The notes beneath the pieces were generated by a model, which saw only the letters and a list, made by a program, of their open reading frames with translations, did no database searches and was not told where the DNA came from. DNA of 63,281 bases, the filler included, from Octopus bimaculoides (lineage: Eukaryota): NCBI RefSeq assembly GCF_001194135.2. It is 7 parts of 6 records of this genome, joined end to end, with 100 filler letters (N's around TTAATTAATTAA, not from the genome) between each part and the next. Parts side by side here need not be neighbours in the genome. Positions count along the whole stretch, not along the records: positions 48,204 to 56,812 come from NC_069008.1; positions 56,913 to 63,281 come from NC_068986.1; 5 more parts are not named here. One strand, 5' to 3'. Position numbers and translations under genes: made by a program. This document shows, piece after piece, positions 50,724 through 63,067 of this stretch. How positions within the stretch are numbered: the stretch's first letter is position 1; every line of letters starts with the position of its first letter.

Positions 50724-50965
50724 AGGATAAATGTTCCAGTTGATTCAAGCGACGGAACAGCTTACATGTAAAATTAACATGCAAGTGGCTGAGCACTCCA
50801 CAAACATGTGGCCCTTTGAATTACAGGTACAACTCAATTTTTGTCAGCTGAGTGGATTGCAGCAATGTAAAACCAAATGCCTTCATGAAGGACAGAACAT
50901 GCTGCTGGAAATCAAACTCTTTGCTTTACAATTGCGGGTCAAATACTTCAACCACAAATCCACAC
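50724..50965 (-). mobile_element. tRNA-derived SINE (C-like core) whose tail is shared with 56545-56812
   Basis: ttccagttgat...ggaacagc...gcaagtggctgagcactcc...ccctttgaattacagg, then cagctgagtggattgcagcaatg. Confidence 0.6.
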
Positions 50966-51062
50966 GCCTTCATGGTGGGTAACAGGCCTGAAGAAAGTCT
51001 AGTAACCATGTAGCATTTACATTATTTACATTATTTACATTTGACGGATTATTTGTCCTCAG

Positions 51063-51084
51063 CTAACCCTAACCCTAACCCTAA
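51063..51084. repeat. Short interstitial telomere-type repeat (TAACCC)3
   Basis: ctaaccctaaccctaaccctaa. Confidence 0.7.
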
Positions 51085-51106
51085 AATTCACTCCATAATT
51101 GCCCAC

Positions 51107-51183
51107 GGGCATATGGCGTAGTGGTTAACAGCGCGGGCTACTAACCCCAAGATTCTGAGTTCGATTCCAGGCAGTGACCTGAA
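51107..51183 (+). mobile_element. tRNA-like SINE head (not a functional tRNA)
   Basis: A box tggcgtagtggtt, B box gagttcgattcc, loop ctactaa; no acceptor-stem closure; followed by (AAT)n. Confidence 0.7.
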
Positions 51184-51214
51184 TAATAACAATAATGATA
51201 ATAATAATAATCAT

Positions 51215-51380
51215 CATCATCATCATCATCGTTTAACGTCCGCTTTCCATGCTAGCATGGGTTGGACGATTTGACTGAGGACTGGTGAAACCGGTTGGCT
51301 ATACCAGGCTCCAATCTGATTTGGCAGAGTTTCTACAGCTGGATGCCCTTCCTAACGCCAACCACTCCGAGAGTGTAGTG
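51215..51380 (-). mobile_element. Retro-tail fragment (RTE-associated-like) with (GAT)n tail
   Basis: Minus: ggcgttaggaagggcatccagctgtagaaac...ccaacccatgctagcatggaaagcggacgttaaacg(atg)n; related to 56130-56240. Confidence 0.6.
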
Positions 51381-51850
51381 ATATATATATATTCTTGTAA
51401 TGCAAGCACTCATCCATTTTTATATATATATATACAGACATACATTTTTATATGTATATATATATATATATATATTTTTATATATANNNNNNNNNNNNNN
51501 NNNNNNNNNNNNNNNNNNNNNNNNNNNNNNNNNNNNNNNNNNNNNNNNNNNNNNNNNNNNNNNNNNNNNNNNNNNNNNNNNNNNNNNNNNNNNNNNNNNN
51601 NNNNNNNNNNNNNNNNNNNNNNNNNNNNNNNNNNNNNNNNNNNNNNNNNNNNNNNNNNNNNNNNNNNNNNNNNNNNNNNNNNNNNNNNNNNNNNNNNNNN
51701 NNNNNNNNNNNNNNNNNNNNNNNNNNNNNNNNNNNNNNNNNNNNNNNNNNNNNNNNNNNNNNNNNNNNNNNNNNNNNNNNNNNNNNNNNNNNNNNNNNNN
51801 NNNNNNNNNNNNNNNNNNNNNNNNNNNNNNNNNNNNNNNNNNNNNNNNNN

Positions 51851-51913
<63 letters not shown>

Positions 51914-52329
51914 TATGCATATATATATATATGTGTGTATGTATATAATTGCTGTTAAGTATGACATAACCAAAAACAATTTCTGCTTTAAGTGTAAGGT
52001 TTCTTCATTACACATGTTTCAATGTAAATATAAATACTGTAAGCGTCCCGACTCAGACTGTTACATATAAGGCGTGCTTTTTCATTTGTTAACTACAAAG
52101 TTAAATTTAGGATCCACCATAATTCATTATAATGCAATTCATGAAAATTACACAGAAAAACCACTTCAAAATTTATGCAGAGGTCTTTCTGTCTCATCTG
52201 ATAATTTTGTATAGAATTTCATAAGAATAAGATGAATAAGAGTGGAAACTTTGCTCAACAGAAAATGCTGATTAAATTTCAACCTACAAATTAATACGTG
52301 CATGTGGGTATTGGTTTTGTATATGTGCA

Positions 52330-52360
<31 letters not shown>

Positions 52361-53470
52361 CTGTCTGTCTGTGTGTTTGCTTACATTAGTTCTTGACTTT
52401 AGAAAAGTTGTAACCTATAAGGTGTGGCAATGTCAGTTCTCCTGTTAATAAATCTACTCACGTCGTGGCATCAAAGCCTTGTAAGAGAGCCCCAACTTGA
52501 AAACACGTAGAGGTTGAAAAACAGGAAGGGGCAACTAGATGCAAAACAAGGCCTCAATATTATATTTGTCCAACCTGTGCTTACATGCTAAAAATGGAAT
52601 AAAAATACATGAGCAAATACAAGCATATATATANNNNNNNNNNNNNNNNNNNNNNNNNNNNNNNNNNNNNNNNNNNNNNNNNNNNNNNNNNNNNNNNNNN
52701 NNNNNNNNNNNNNNNNNNNNNNNNNNNNNNNNNNNNNNNNNNNNNNNNNNNNNNNNNNNNNNNNNNNNNNNNNNNNNNNNNNNNNNNNNNNNNNNNNNNN
52801 NNNNNNNNNNNNNNNNNNNNNNNNNNNNNNNNNNNNNNNNNNNNNNNNNNNNNNNNNNNNNNNNNNNNNNNNNNNNNNNNNNNNNNNNNNNNNNNNNNNN
52901 NNNNNNNNNNNNNNNNNNNNNNNNNNNNNNNNNNNNNNNNNNNNNNNNNNNNNNNNNNNNNNNNNNNNNNNNNNNNNNNNNNNNNNNNNNNNNNNNNNNN
53001 NNNNNNNNNNNNNNNNNNNNNNNNNNNNNNNNNNNNNNNNNNNNNNNNNNNNNNNNNNNNNNNNNNNNNNNNNNNNNNNNNNNNNNNNNNNNNNNNNNNN
53101 NNNNNNNNNNNNNNNNNNNNNNNNNNNNNNNNNNNNNNNNNNNNNNNNNNNNNNNNNNNNNNNNNNNNNNNNNNNNNNNNNNNNNNNNNNNNNNNNNNNN
53201 NNNNNNNNNNNNNNNNNNNNNNNNNNNNNNNNNNNNNNNNNNNNNNNNNNNNNNNNNNNNNNNNNNNNNNNNNNNNNNNNNNNNNNNNNNNNNNNNNNNN
53301 NNNNNNNNNNNNNNNNNNNNNNNNNNNNNNNNNNNNNNNNNNNNNNNNNNNNNNNNNNNNNNNNNNNNNNNNNNNNNNNNNNNNNNNNNNNNNNNNNNNN
53401 NNNNNNNNNNNNNNNNNNNNNNNNNNNNNNNNNNNNNNNNNNNNNNNNNNNNNNNNNNNNNNNNNNNNNN

Positions 53471-53695
53471 GTATGTATGTACGTATGCATATGTTTGTGT
53501 GTCTGTGTTTGTCCTCCCAACATCGTTTGACAATCGATGCCGGGGTGTTTATGTCCCCGTAACTTAGCAGTTCAGCAAAAAGAGACCGATAAAATAAGTA
53601 CTAGGTTCACAAAGAAGAAGTCCTTGGGTCGATTTGCTTGACTAAAGGCGGTGCTCCAGCATGGCCATAGTCAAACGACTGAAACAAATAAAAGA
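53471..53695 (+). mobile_element. SINE family A, 3' half
   Basis: gtttgtcctcccaacatcgtttgacaatcgatgc...ggcggtgctccagcatggccatagtcaaacgactgaaacaaataaaaga. Confidence 0.78.
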
Positions 53696-54484
53696 CCCAC
53701 CGAAGTTGATCTCTCTGTTCTTCGTAATATACTTGGAAGACTAACAAAACTTCTTTTAGTAGAGGTTCCAAACCTGGCTGAAATAAAAGCAGCTTTTGGG
53801 AAATTGAACAATGGAAAGGCCCCTGGTATGGATGGATTGGGTGCAGAGATATACAGACATGATGGCGAACATCTCTGTACAATGTTGATAGATGTGACTC
53901 AGAGGGTTTGGCATTGTGAAGTGGTTCCTTGGGATAGGCATGATGCAATTATGAAGATACTATATAAATGAAAAGGTGGAAAAGATGTCTGTGGTAATTT
54001 TTGTGGTGTCTGTCTATTAGCTGCGGTTGGAAATGCCCTTTGGAGGGTAATGCTGGATAGATTGCTTCTGCACATTGCTGATGAGGTTCTACCAGAATCA
54101 CAGTGTGGGTTCAGAGGTGGTAGGAGTACTATGGATATGATATTTTCAACTAGACAATTACAGGAGTAGTTCATCAAACAGGGTATGGATTTCTATCAAG
54201 TTTTTATTGGTCTGATGAAAGCCTTTGATGCTGTAAACAGAGTAGCTCTTTGAGAGATCCTGTAAAAGCTGGGCTGTCCTGAAAAATTTGTGAGAATGCT
54301 TAGACAATTTCATGATGAGATGGAGGTGAGAGTTAATGTTGGAGGTACCTTGTCAGATCCAATTTCTGTAGAAAATGGTGTGTAACAGGGTGATATTCCT
54401 GATCCTACCTTGTTTGTTCTGTATTTTACAATAGTCTTTCAAATAGTTTTTGAAGATTGCGCTGAGGTGCTCTATATAAGATAT
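53696..54484 (+). pseudogene. RTE (BovB-like) LINE reverse transcriptase N-terminal relic
   Basis: One reading frame: LNNGKAPGMDGLGAEIY...LPESQCGFRGGRSTMDMIFSTRQLQE...FIGLMKAFDAVNR..L..IL.KLGCPEKF...NGV.QG...PTLF; five in-frame stops. Confidence 0.9.
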
Positions 54485-55515
54485 ATGTTGTTGTTGTTGG
54501 CACTCCATCGATGAAAAAAGTGTTTTGTTGATATACGGGCAACACACACGCACACCAACGAACATGTATGCGTACAAAAGATATGTATGAAATTGGTGTA
54601 CGTACGTGTGTGTGTGTGTGTGTGTTGCCCATATNNNNNNNNNNNNNNNNNNNNNNNNNNNNNNNNNNNNNNNNNNNNNNNNNNNNNNNNNNNNNNNNNN
54701 NNNNNNNNNNNNNNNNNNNNNNNNNNNNNNNNNNNNNNNNNNNNNNNNNNNNNNNNNNNNNNNNNNNNNNNNNNNNNNNNNNNNNNNNNNNNNNNNNNNN
54801 NNNNNNNNNNNNNNNNNNNNNNNNNNNNNNNNNNNNNNNNNNNNNNNNNNNNNNNNNNNNNNNNNNNNNNNNNNNNNNNNNNNNNNNNNNNNNNNNNNNN
54901 NNNNCATACACACATATACTTAAGACTTAGTTGTGATCTGAACAGAACCGCTTCTGACACAGAGAATCGGGAGCCCTTTTGGTCATTCTATTTTCCTTGC
55001 TGGAAGGGTTCCTAACCCATGGGCAAAGAGGGGTTAGATGATGGGGGGGGGGGGTTTCAAAGGGCTGGCATGTGTTACCTGATCACCTCTGCCGATCGAA
55101 CTCCCAACCCAGTTGCAAAACTGATTCTGCCCAAATTTGACGTCAATGTTACTTAGTTTGGTTTTGAAATAAAGAACTTGATTAGCTTAATAACCCTAAG
55201 TTAATCTCGGGTAAAGCCAGGCTATACTGCTTGTCATGATTAAAGAACAGACATGAACTGTGAAGAAGAGGTTCAAGATTGCCTTGGTGGTGCATGTACT
55301 TGTCTTCTTAACCAATTAATGTAGCGCCAGACATACAGAAAGTTGTAGAAAAGTGACAGTTGCCCTTAATGCAAGTCTTCTTGTTGTTACTTCATCAATG
55401 TTGCCCAAAGGACATCCACCACTGCTCTAAGGCTGATACAGTTTAGTACCAATGTTACTGCCAGCATTGCTGTCTAGAGACAAAAGCTGGAACAGATACT
55501 GCAAGTTCCCTAGCA

Positions 55516-55640
55516 CAATGTTTCTTAACCAATTTTTTTTTTTGTGGACCCCTTTGGTTCCTATTTTGTTCTGGTAGACCCTCATAGTGATCCAACATTT
55601 AAAAAATCCTATTATATTTTTACCATTAAATTTGTTTATT
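55516..55640 (+). mobile_element. Possible hAT-type MITE end
   Basis: caatgtttcttaacc...ggacccctttg resembles CAGTGTTTCTCAACC hAT termini (recalled); partner end not found. Confidence 0.35.
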
Positions 55641-55820
55641 TAGAACTAGGTCATCGCCTGTTGCCATGCTGCCATTAAAGTCTGTCTTTTTTAAAATCTG
55701 TGTTTACTGTGTTGACAAGCTTGTACTTAAAATTCCTTCATTTTTATCAAAACTTGTTAGTTATTATGGTGGTAACATTACCCATTTATCTGTCTTTCAC
55801 ACACACACACACACACACAC

Positions 55821-55852
<32 letters not shown>

Positions 55853-56002
55853 TGTATTTCTCTTTAAAATAACAACTTTTTGGATTCACTTCAACATTTA
55901 CATTTAATTTGCCAAAATATTTTTTTTGCTTTGAGACTGCGACCTGTTCACTGACAAAATTCCGTGCTGCACAGAATCTTGTCATTAACCTTGTTGCATT
56001 AA

Positions 56003-56033
<31 letters not shown>

Positions 56034-56129
56034 TCCTATCACACAAGAACTATCGTTAGTTTTCCAATCTGTCATGAAATCATGTTTGCTTGACCCAAGA
56101 GAAATATTAACCTTATTCAAGAACAGGGA

Positions 56130-56240
56130 AGTGTTGGCAATAGGAAGGGCATCCAGCCATAGAAAATCTGTGTCAATGAAATTTGCATGACATTTTTCAG
56201 CTGACATTGAAACAGTGATGATAATGATGATGATGATGAT
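56130..56240 (+). mobile_element. Degenerate retro-tail fragment with (GAT)n tail
   Basis: ttggcaataggaagggcatccagccatagaaa...gatgatgatg. Confidence 0.45.
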
Positions 56241-56544
56241 GATGACATTCATAATGATGACCCCTGAAAGGAGAAAAAGGCTAAGCTGGCCACAATAGGA
56301 TTTGAACCCATATTGTATTGAGCATGAATAAATACTGGGAGGCATTCTATCCAACCGATTCTATCCTCTCCAATCTTGACGTTTCATCCAACAATACTGA
56401 ATTATTGCGATCTGGCTGAGGATGAAACTTCAGAAATATTAACATCATCGTTGTCAACATTATCATCATCAACATCACCATATCGTCATCATCACCATCA
56501 CCACCGTCATCATCATCATCATCATTTTTATCGTCATCATAATC

Positions 56545-56812
56545 ATCTTGTTGGCACTCCGTCGCTTACGACGTCGAGGGTTCCAGTTGATCCGATCAAC
56601 GGAACAGCCTGCTCGTGAAATTAACGCGCAAGTGGCTGAGCACTCCGCAGACATGTGTACCCTTAATGTAGTTCTTGGGGATATTCAGCGTGACACAGAG
56701 TGTGACAAGGCTGACCCTTTGAATTACAGGCGCAACAGAAACAGGAAGAAAGAGTGAGAGAAAGTTGTGGTGAAAGAGTACAGCAGGGTTCGCCACCAAC
56801 CCTTGCCGGAGC
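56545..56812 (-). mobile_element. SINE/LINE 3' region homologous to 50724-50830
   Basis: gttggcactccgtcg...ttccagttgatccgatcaacggaacagcctgctcgtgaaattaac; strand inferred from 50724-50965. Confidence 0.55.
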
Positions 56813-56912
56813 NNNNNNNNNNNNNNNNNNNNNNNNNNNNNNNNNNNNNNNNNNNNTTAATTAATTAANNNNNNNNNNNNNNNNNNNNNNNNNNNNNNNN
56901 NNNNNNNNNNNN
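56813..56912. other. Artificial scaffold-joining spacer
   Basis: N44-TTAATTAATTAA(56857-56868)-N44. Confidence 0.95.
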
Positions 56913-58439
56913 TATATATATGCATGTATGTATTAATATACCTTCTCAGCCATTGATTAAAGTGTGAAGATAATTTCTGTCTTTTTGCTGAAAGCCACAA
57001 ACTGTCAACCAAGAATTAGATGTAGACTAAAGTTATTAGATAAAAGGAAAGAACATCATAAAATTCTTATATGTGAAAGCTTCGACGTTCGTGGTTTGTA
57101 ACCAATTGAAAATCCAATTTCTAGTTAGCTTAGTCTGTTGGTTATGCTACCGTGAAATAAATGGCCGCGACAAAATATATAATGATTTTGATGATTTTGG
57201 GAGGAACACACAACAGTAGTACTAGACGTATAGAAATGGCGATTCTTTTTCCTTTTTCTTTAACGTTCATTATTTATTTTAAAGGGTTTTAAGTATACCA
57301 TTTACTTGTATATCAACTGTGGCAGATTCCATCAGATCTATGTATTCGCTACAAAGTTTTACTCCCTGAACCGATAATGTAATCATCATCATCACGTTCC
57401 CTCATCGTCCTCCTCCTCCTCATCATCATCGTCATCAGCACCATCTTTGTGCCATAATTTGAAACCGTTTTTCCTTATTATTACTATTATTTTTCGTGCA
57501 TGCTTTCAGTGCTCAACCGAGTACAGCTCTGTGAGTATTGCATATGTCCAGGATATTGGTTAAGCTTTCTGTTTTCTGTTGTAATGACAATATCGATCAT
57601 AAAATGTTTTCGTAGTGCCTTATAGTAGTGTTTTCTGTGTGCGGTGAGGCAGTGAGCTTAGTTAATTTTTGTACATATGCCATGACCTAACTCTTGAATA
57701 CAGCTTGCAATCAGAAGTATGTGGTGTAAAATTAAAGGAAACGGCTTAACACTTAACGGTAGTGAAATACTCTTCTATAGTAGGAAGTTTCATGTTAGAT
57801 TTCTTCAGTAAATTAGTAAGATAATTCATGTTATATCAGCATCAACAGAGAAGCTACTGTCAAGAACGTTTAGGTATATGTATATATGAGTGAAAAAGAA
57901 AAACGAAAGAAAGCGGCACTCAACACACTTGGCTGGAGTTACATGGATTTAATAACAGCTTCACATTATTTAAAGCTTCTTTAAGCGAGTAGAACGCATC
58001 CATCTCGTTACTCCTCTCCGAACATCTGACGAGAGGAACGCCTTAGGCGCCAACGAAATTTTAATATGGAATTGAGTAAACCTTTTATTAAATATACGCA
58101 CGCACTCACTGCCACACACAGCCCCAGTAAGTGCGTGTGTATATATGAATGTGTATGTGTGTACATGTGATAGTGTGTGTATATATTCAACTAGTCTCGT
58201 TGAATGAGACGTTAAAGGCGAGAACACAGATCTCTATTAAAACAAAATTATCATAATTATTGTTTTTATTATTGAGTGAGAGAACAGCGCATGCGATCAA
58301 AGTGAAATAGGGGCACAAATATACGAAACCCAATATACCTATCATGACTTCCTGTCTGATAAGGTTACACCAGGCACATGCATCACACCCATATCTGCAA
58401 CAAGGTGACTTTATAACCAAGAGAAACAGCGCACAACCT

Positions 58440-58962
<523 letters not shown>

Positions 58963-59700
58963 NNNNNNNNNNNNNNNNNNNNNNNNNNNNNNNNNNNNNN
59001 NNNNNNNNNNNNNNNNNNNNNNNNNNNNNNNNNNNNNNNNNNNNNNNNNNNNNNNNNNNNNNNNNNNNNNNNNNNNNNNNNNNNNNNNNNNNNNNNNNNN
59101 NNNNNNNNNNNNNNNNNNNNNNNNNNNNNNNNNNNNNNNNNNNNNNNNNNNNNNNNNNNNNNNNNNNNNNNNNNNNNNNNNNNNNNNNNNNNNNNNNNNN
59201 NNNNNNNNNNNNNNNNNNNNNNNNNNNNNNNNNNNNNNNNNNNNNNNNNNNNNNNNNNNNNNNNNNNNNNNNNNNNNNNNNNNNNNNNNNNNNNNNNNNN
59301 NNNNNNNNNNNNNNNNNNNNNNNNNNNNNNNNNNNNNNNNNNNNNNNNNNNNNNNNNNNNNNNNNNNNNNNNNNNNNNNNNNNNNNNNNNNNNNNNNNNN
59401 NNNNNNNNNNNNNNNNNNNNNNNNNNNNNNNNNNNNNNNNNNNNNNNNNNNNNNNNNNNNNNNNNNNNNNNNNNNNNNNNNNNNNNNNNNNNNNNNNNNN
59501 NNNNNNNNNNNNNNNNNNNNNNNNNNNNNNNNNNNNNNNNNNNNNNNNNNNNNNNNNNNNNNNNNNNNNNNNNNNNNNNNNNNNNNNNNNNNNNNNNNNN
59601 NNNNNNNNNNNNNNNNNNNNNNNNNNNNNNNNNNNNNNNNNNNNNNNNNNNNNNNNNNNNNNNNNNNNNNNNNNNNNNNNNNNNNNNNNNNNNNNNNNNN

Positions 59701-59739
<39 letters not shown>

Positions 59740-60411
59740 ATAAGCTATGCAATAATACTAGTAATGTTAATAATGATAATACCAACAGCAACTATTTCTT
59801 ACTTTAACAATATTTCCTTCCATCGATGAGGAAAGGAAAGAAATAAAATGCTATACAAATGTTCAAAGTTCATTTATACAGATATAATAATGATATATAT
59901 ATTAGGAAATAATAACAGCATTTTACATCATACTATCAGAGGTTCAAAACAATATTACACAAAATTATATGTTAAACAACGTTACGTGTTTTGATTGAAT
60001 GACAGAGGTTCGTATAATATGCGAGAGTAAAATATATATAATAGTGTATGAAATGACCGTAGCCAAGTGTATCGTGAACACTTGCTTCTGCTTTCCTATG
60101 TTATGTCTATTTCCAGATTAATATGTCTATGTTTATATGTGATTGTTATTATAGAAGATGATGATGATAAAGATTAAATTTATGTCAGTGTTGATTGAGG
60201 AGACTTATGATTAAATGCGCTCTAGCCGTGATCACCCAGTCTTTTATTCGGAAATAATGTATGTAGTGCTTATACTGTACAATGAATATGTTTGTATGCA
60301 TGTGTGTGTGAATGTGTATGCATTTATATATATATATATATCTTGACCTATCTATCTATTTAGCTAGCTATCTATCTACATATCTATCTACCTATATATC
60401 TATTTATCTAT

Positions 60412-60752
60412 CTATCTTGGAAGGACTCCCTTCGGTTATGAATGACCAAGGGATTGCACCTAAAAAGTTACCCTCCAAGCTCAAGTCAGGGCAAGGTTGT
60501 CTATCGAAGACCAGCATTTACCCATCCATACTAGCCTCCCCTTTCCAAACCACCGATAATGTCCAAAGGAAAGGCAAAGGCCGATACAGGTTGGCACCAG
60601 TGACGTCGCAACTCATTTCTACAGCTGAGTGAACTGGAGCAATGTGAAATAAAGTGTCTTGCTCAAGATCACAACACGCAGCCCAGTCCGGGAATCGATC
60701 TCACTACTTTATGATTGTAGGCCTTATGCTCTAACCACTGAGCTATGCGCCT
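60412..60752 (-). mobile_element. SINE family C
   Basis: Reverse of 11214-11515: ttggcaccagtgacgtcgcaactcatttctacagctgagtgaactggagc...cttgctcaag...ggaatcgatctc. Confidence 0.78.
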
Positions 60753-60758
60753 TCACTG

Positions 60759-60797
<39 letters not shown>

Positions 60798-61085
60798 CTC
60801 TCTCTCTCTCTCTCTATNNNNNNNNNNNNNNNNNNNNNNNNNNNNNNNNNNNNNNNNNNNNNNNNNNNNNNNNNNNNNNNNNNNNNNNNNNNNNNNNNNN
60901 NNNNNNNNNNNNNNNNNNNNNNNNNNNNNNNNNNNNNNNNNNNNNNNNNNNNNNNNNNNNNNNNNNNNNNNNNNNNNNNNNNNNNNNNNNNNNNNNNNNN
61001 NNNNNNNNNNNNNNNNNNNNNNNNNNNNNNNNNNNNNNNNNNNNNNNNNNNNNNNNNNNNNNNNNNNNNNNNNNNNNNNNNNNNN

Positions 61086-61119
61086 GAAGGTTTTTACTAT
61101 TCTGATCCAGAAACGCGTC
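61086..61119 (+). ncRNA. Hammerhead-like motif truncated by an N gap
   Basis: [gap]GAagg...ccaGAA-ACGCGT-C: palindromic stem III and GUC site; the CTGAT part would lie in the gap. Confidence 0.5.
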
Positions 61120-61623
61120 TAGGATTAACTAAGACTGGTTAGTTTCGTTGTTTTACTTCTTGTTTTGCCTTTGTGAATTACAAGTATTGATATCTGTTGG
61201 AGTTTTAGCACTTTAACTACTATTTCTAAATTTCGGTATGTGGTGAAGCAACTGGTGCTGATCCCTGAATAATGTTTATAAATTTAAAAGAACTTTTAAA
61301 TAAGTTCTTTGCCGATAATGGTTTTTACATACCGAAGTACTTGGTAAAAATTATTAATTATTAATTTATTTATAAATTGATAATCCTTTACCCTTTATTT
61401 GTAATAATTATTCAGCCCCTGATAGTAAACCGCAGATTTTCTGCGGTATTGCTTGTGACGCACATGGGATTTCTTTCGTTCCCTTCTGAAGGCATGGTAA
61501 TTCCAACTCGCTGTGATAGTAGATTACTACTATCTGTTTTTGTATATTAAATAGTGGTCAAGACTGTTTTTGTAGGAATGGTTGTAGCCGTCGAATAAAC
61601 AGCAGCAGTAATGATAATAACAA

Positions 61624-61675
<52 letters not shown>

Positions 61676-61800
61676 CGTGGTGAAGTTGTTCCCCTACGGT
61701 TTTAATAGAAATCGGGTTCTTCGATCCCCTTTATTTCTTATGAATAACTTGCAAATCCACATATAAATATATAAAAATATATATGAAAGTCTCTGTGTTG

Positions 61801-62122
61801 CTAGTTTAGAGAATTTAGACTTGGTCGGTATTTTCTTATGATAAATATTTCCTTGCTAATACGTTCATTTTGGCTAGCATTGTCTTTGAATTTGTATAGT
61901 GGAAACGTTGTGAATTTGGGAAATTTGTTGTAAGCACATTCGTCGATGCGCTAGCTGAGAGATATTTTCCTGTTTTCCGAGATCCTAATTTGGGATTTGT
62001 GTACCGCCATCGTCTGACGTAGGCTGTTTTAGTGTGTCCAATATATTGCCGTTTGCATCCAGAGCATGTAATTAGGTAGATCAAGTTCTCCGATGCACAT
62101 GTAAAATTAGTTTTTATTTTAT
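61801..62122 (-). pseudogene. Penelope-like element GIY-YIG endonuclease C-terminal relic
   Basis: KIKTNFTCASENLIYLITCSGCKRQYIGHT, frameshift, LRQTMAVHKSQI...ERISKEIFIIRKYRPSLN*. Confidence 0.85.
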
Positions 62123-62123
62123 T

Positions 62124-62475
62124 AGCGGTATTTCGTCTGCCGTTACGTTCTGAGTTCAAATTCCGCCGAGGTCGACTTTGCCTTTCATCCCTTTGGAGTC
62201 GATAAATTCAGTACCAGTTACGCACTGGCGTCGATGTAATCGACTTAATTCCTTTGTCTGTCCTTGTTTGTCCCCTCTATGTTTAGCCCCTTGTGGGCAA
62301 TAAAAAAATAAGAATTGTTTGCACACCGAACAAAATGCTTAGAGCATTTTGTCCGTCTTTTCGTTCTATGTTTTAAGTTCTGTCTAGGTCGGCTTTGCCG
62401 TTCATCCTTTTGAGGTCGATAAAATAAGGTACCAGTGAAGTACTGAGGTCGGTGCAATCGAAATTTAGAAATGTA
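62124..62475 (+). mobile_element. SINE family B with tail, followed by a truncated older B copy (from 62311)
   Basis: gcggtatttcgtctgcc...gccccttgtgggcaataaaaaaata|agaattgtttgcacacc; cuts off the GIY-YIG relic. Confidence 0.8.
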
Positions 62476-62489
62476 TGTAATATTGCTTT

Positions 62490-62680
62490 CAAAGGCCAGC
62501 AATTTTGAGGGAGGAGCAAGTCCATTACGTCGAACCTGGTGCTCAACTGGTAACTCATTCTATCGACCTCGAAAGGATGAAACGCAAAGTCGACCTCGGT
62601 GGAATTTGAACTCAGAGCGTAAAGACAGGCGATATACGGCTGAGCATTTCGCCCGGCTTGCTAACGATTCTTCCAGCTCT
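62490..62680 (-). mobile_element. SINE family B
   Basis: tcgacctcgaaaggatgaaacgcaaagtcgacctcggtggaatttgaactcag...ctaacgattcttccagctc. Confidence 0.78.
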
Positions 62681-62726
62681 CTTCATAGTTTTGTTACGGG
62701 CGTAATCTTACAGTCCGAGGCTCAAG

Positions 62727-62782
62727 AAATTGTCTTACGTGAAACTGGTCCGTGAAGCAAAAAATGTTGGGAACCGCTACTG
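62727..62782 (-). mobile_element. hAT-Charlie-like terminal sequence (single end)
   Basis: Minus: cagtagcggttcccaacattttt..cacggaccagtttcacgtaagacaattt resembles MER1/Charlie-type ends (recalled). Confidence 0.45.
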
Positions 62783-63067
62783 TACTATTCCACTGAAGAA
62801 GTCATTGTATGTGTACAATGTGTTACGGATAGTTATTTGTGTTGTGTATGCCTTGTCCCGTTTACTGAATACGGCCCGAAAAAAAGTAGGTATGGTAAGT
62901 CAAATTAAGGGAAACGGTTCAATTTATACTTGAAACCGAATCGTGAGATTGGTTTATCAATTACCGGCAGTGTAATAATACTATATCTACTGTTGGCACT
63001 AGGAATGTTTATGAATAAATGTGCTAAAGAAATACACACGAACAAACACATTGACATTACTGGTTTC

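Noticed and set aside
51107-51183. Functional tRNA gene
   Set aside because: No acceptor-stem pairing, unusual ACT anticodon, followed by an (AAT)n tail; interpreted as a SINE head
58025-58065. CTGACGA...cGAAA hammerhead candidate
   Set aside because: Stem II is only partial and no stem I or III can be formed
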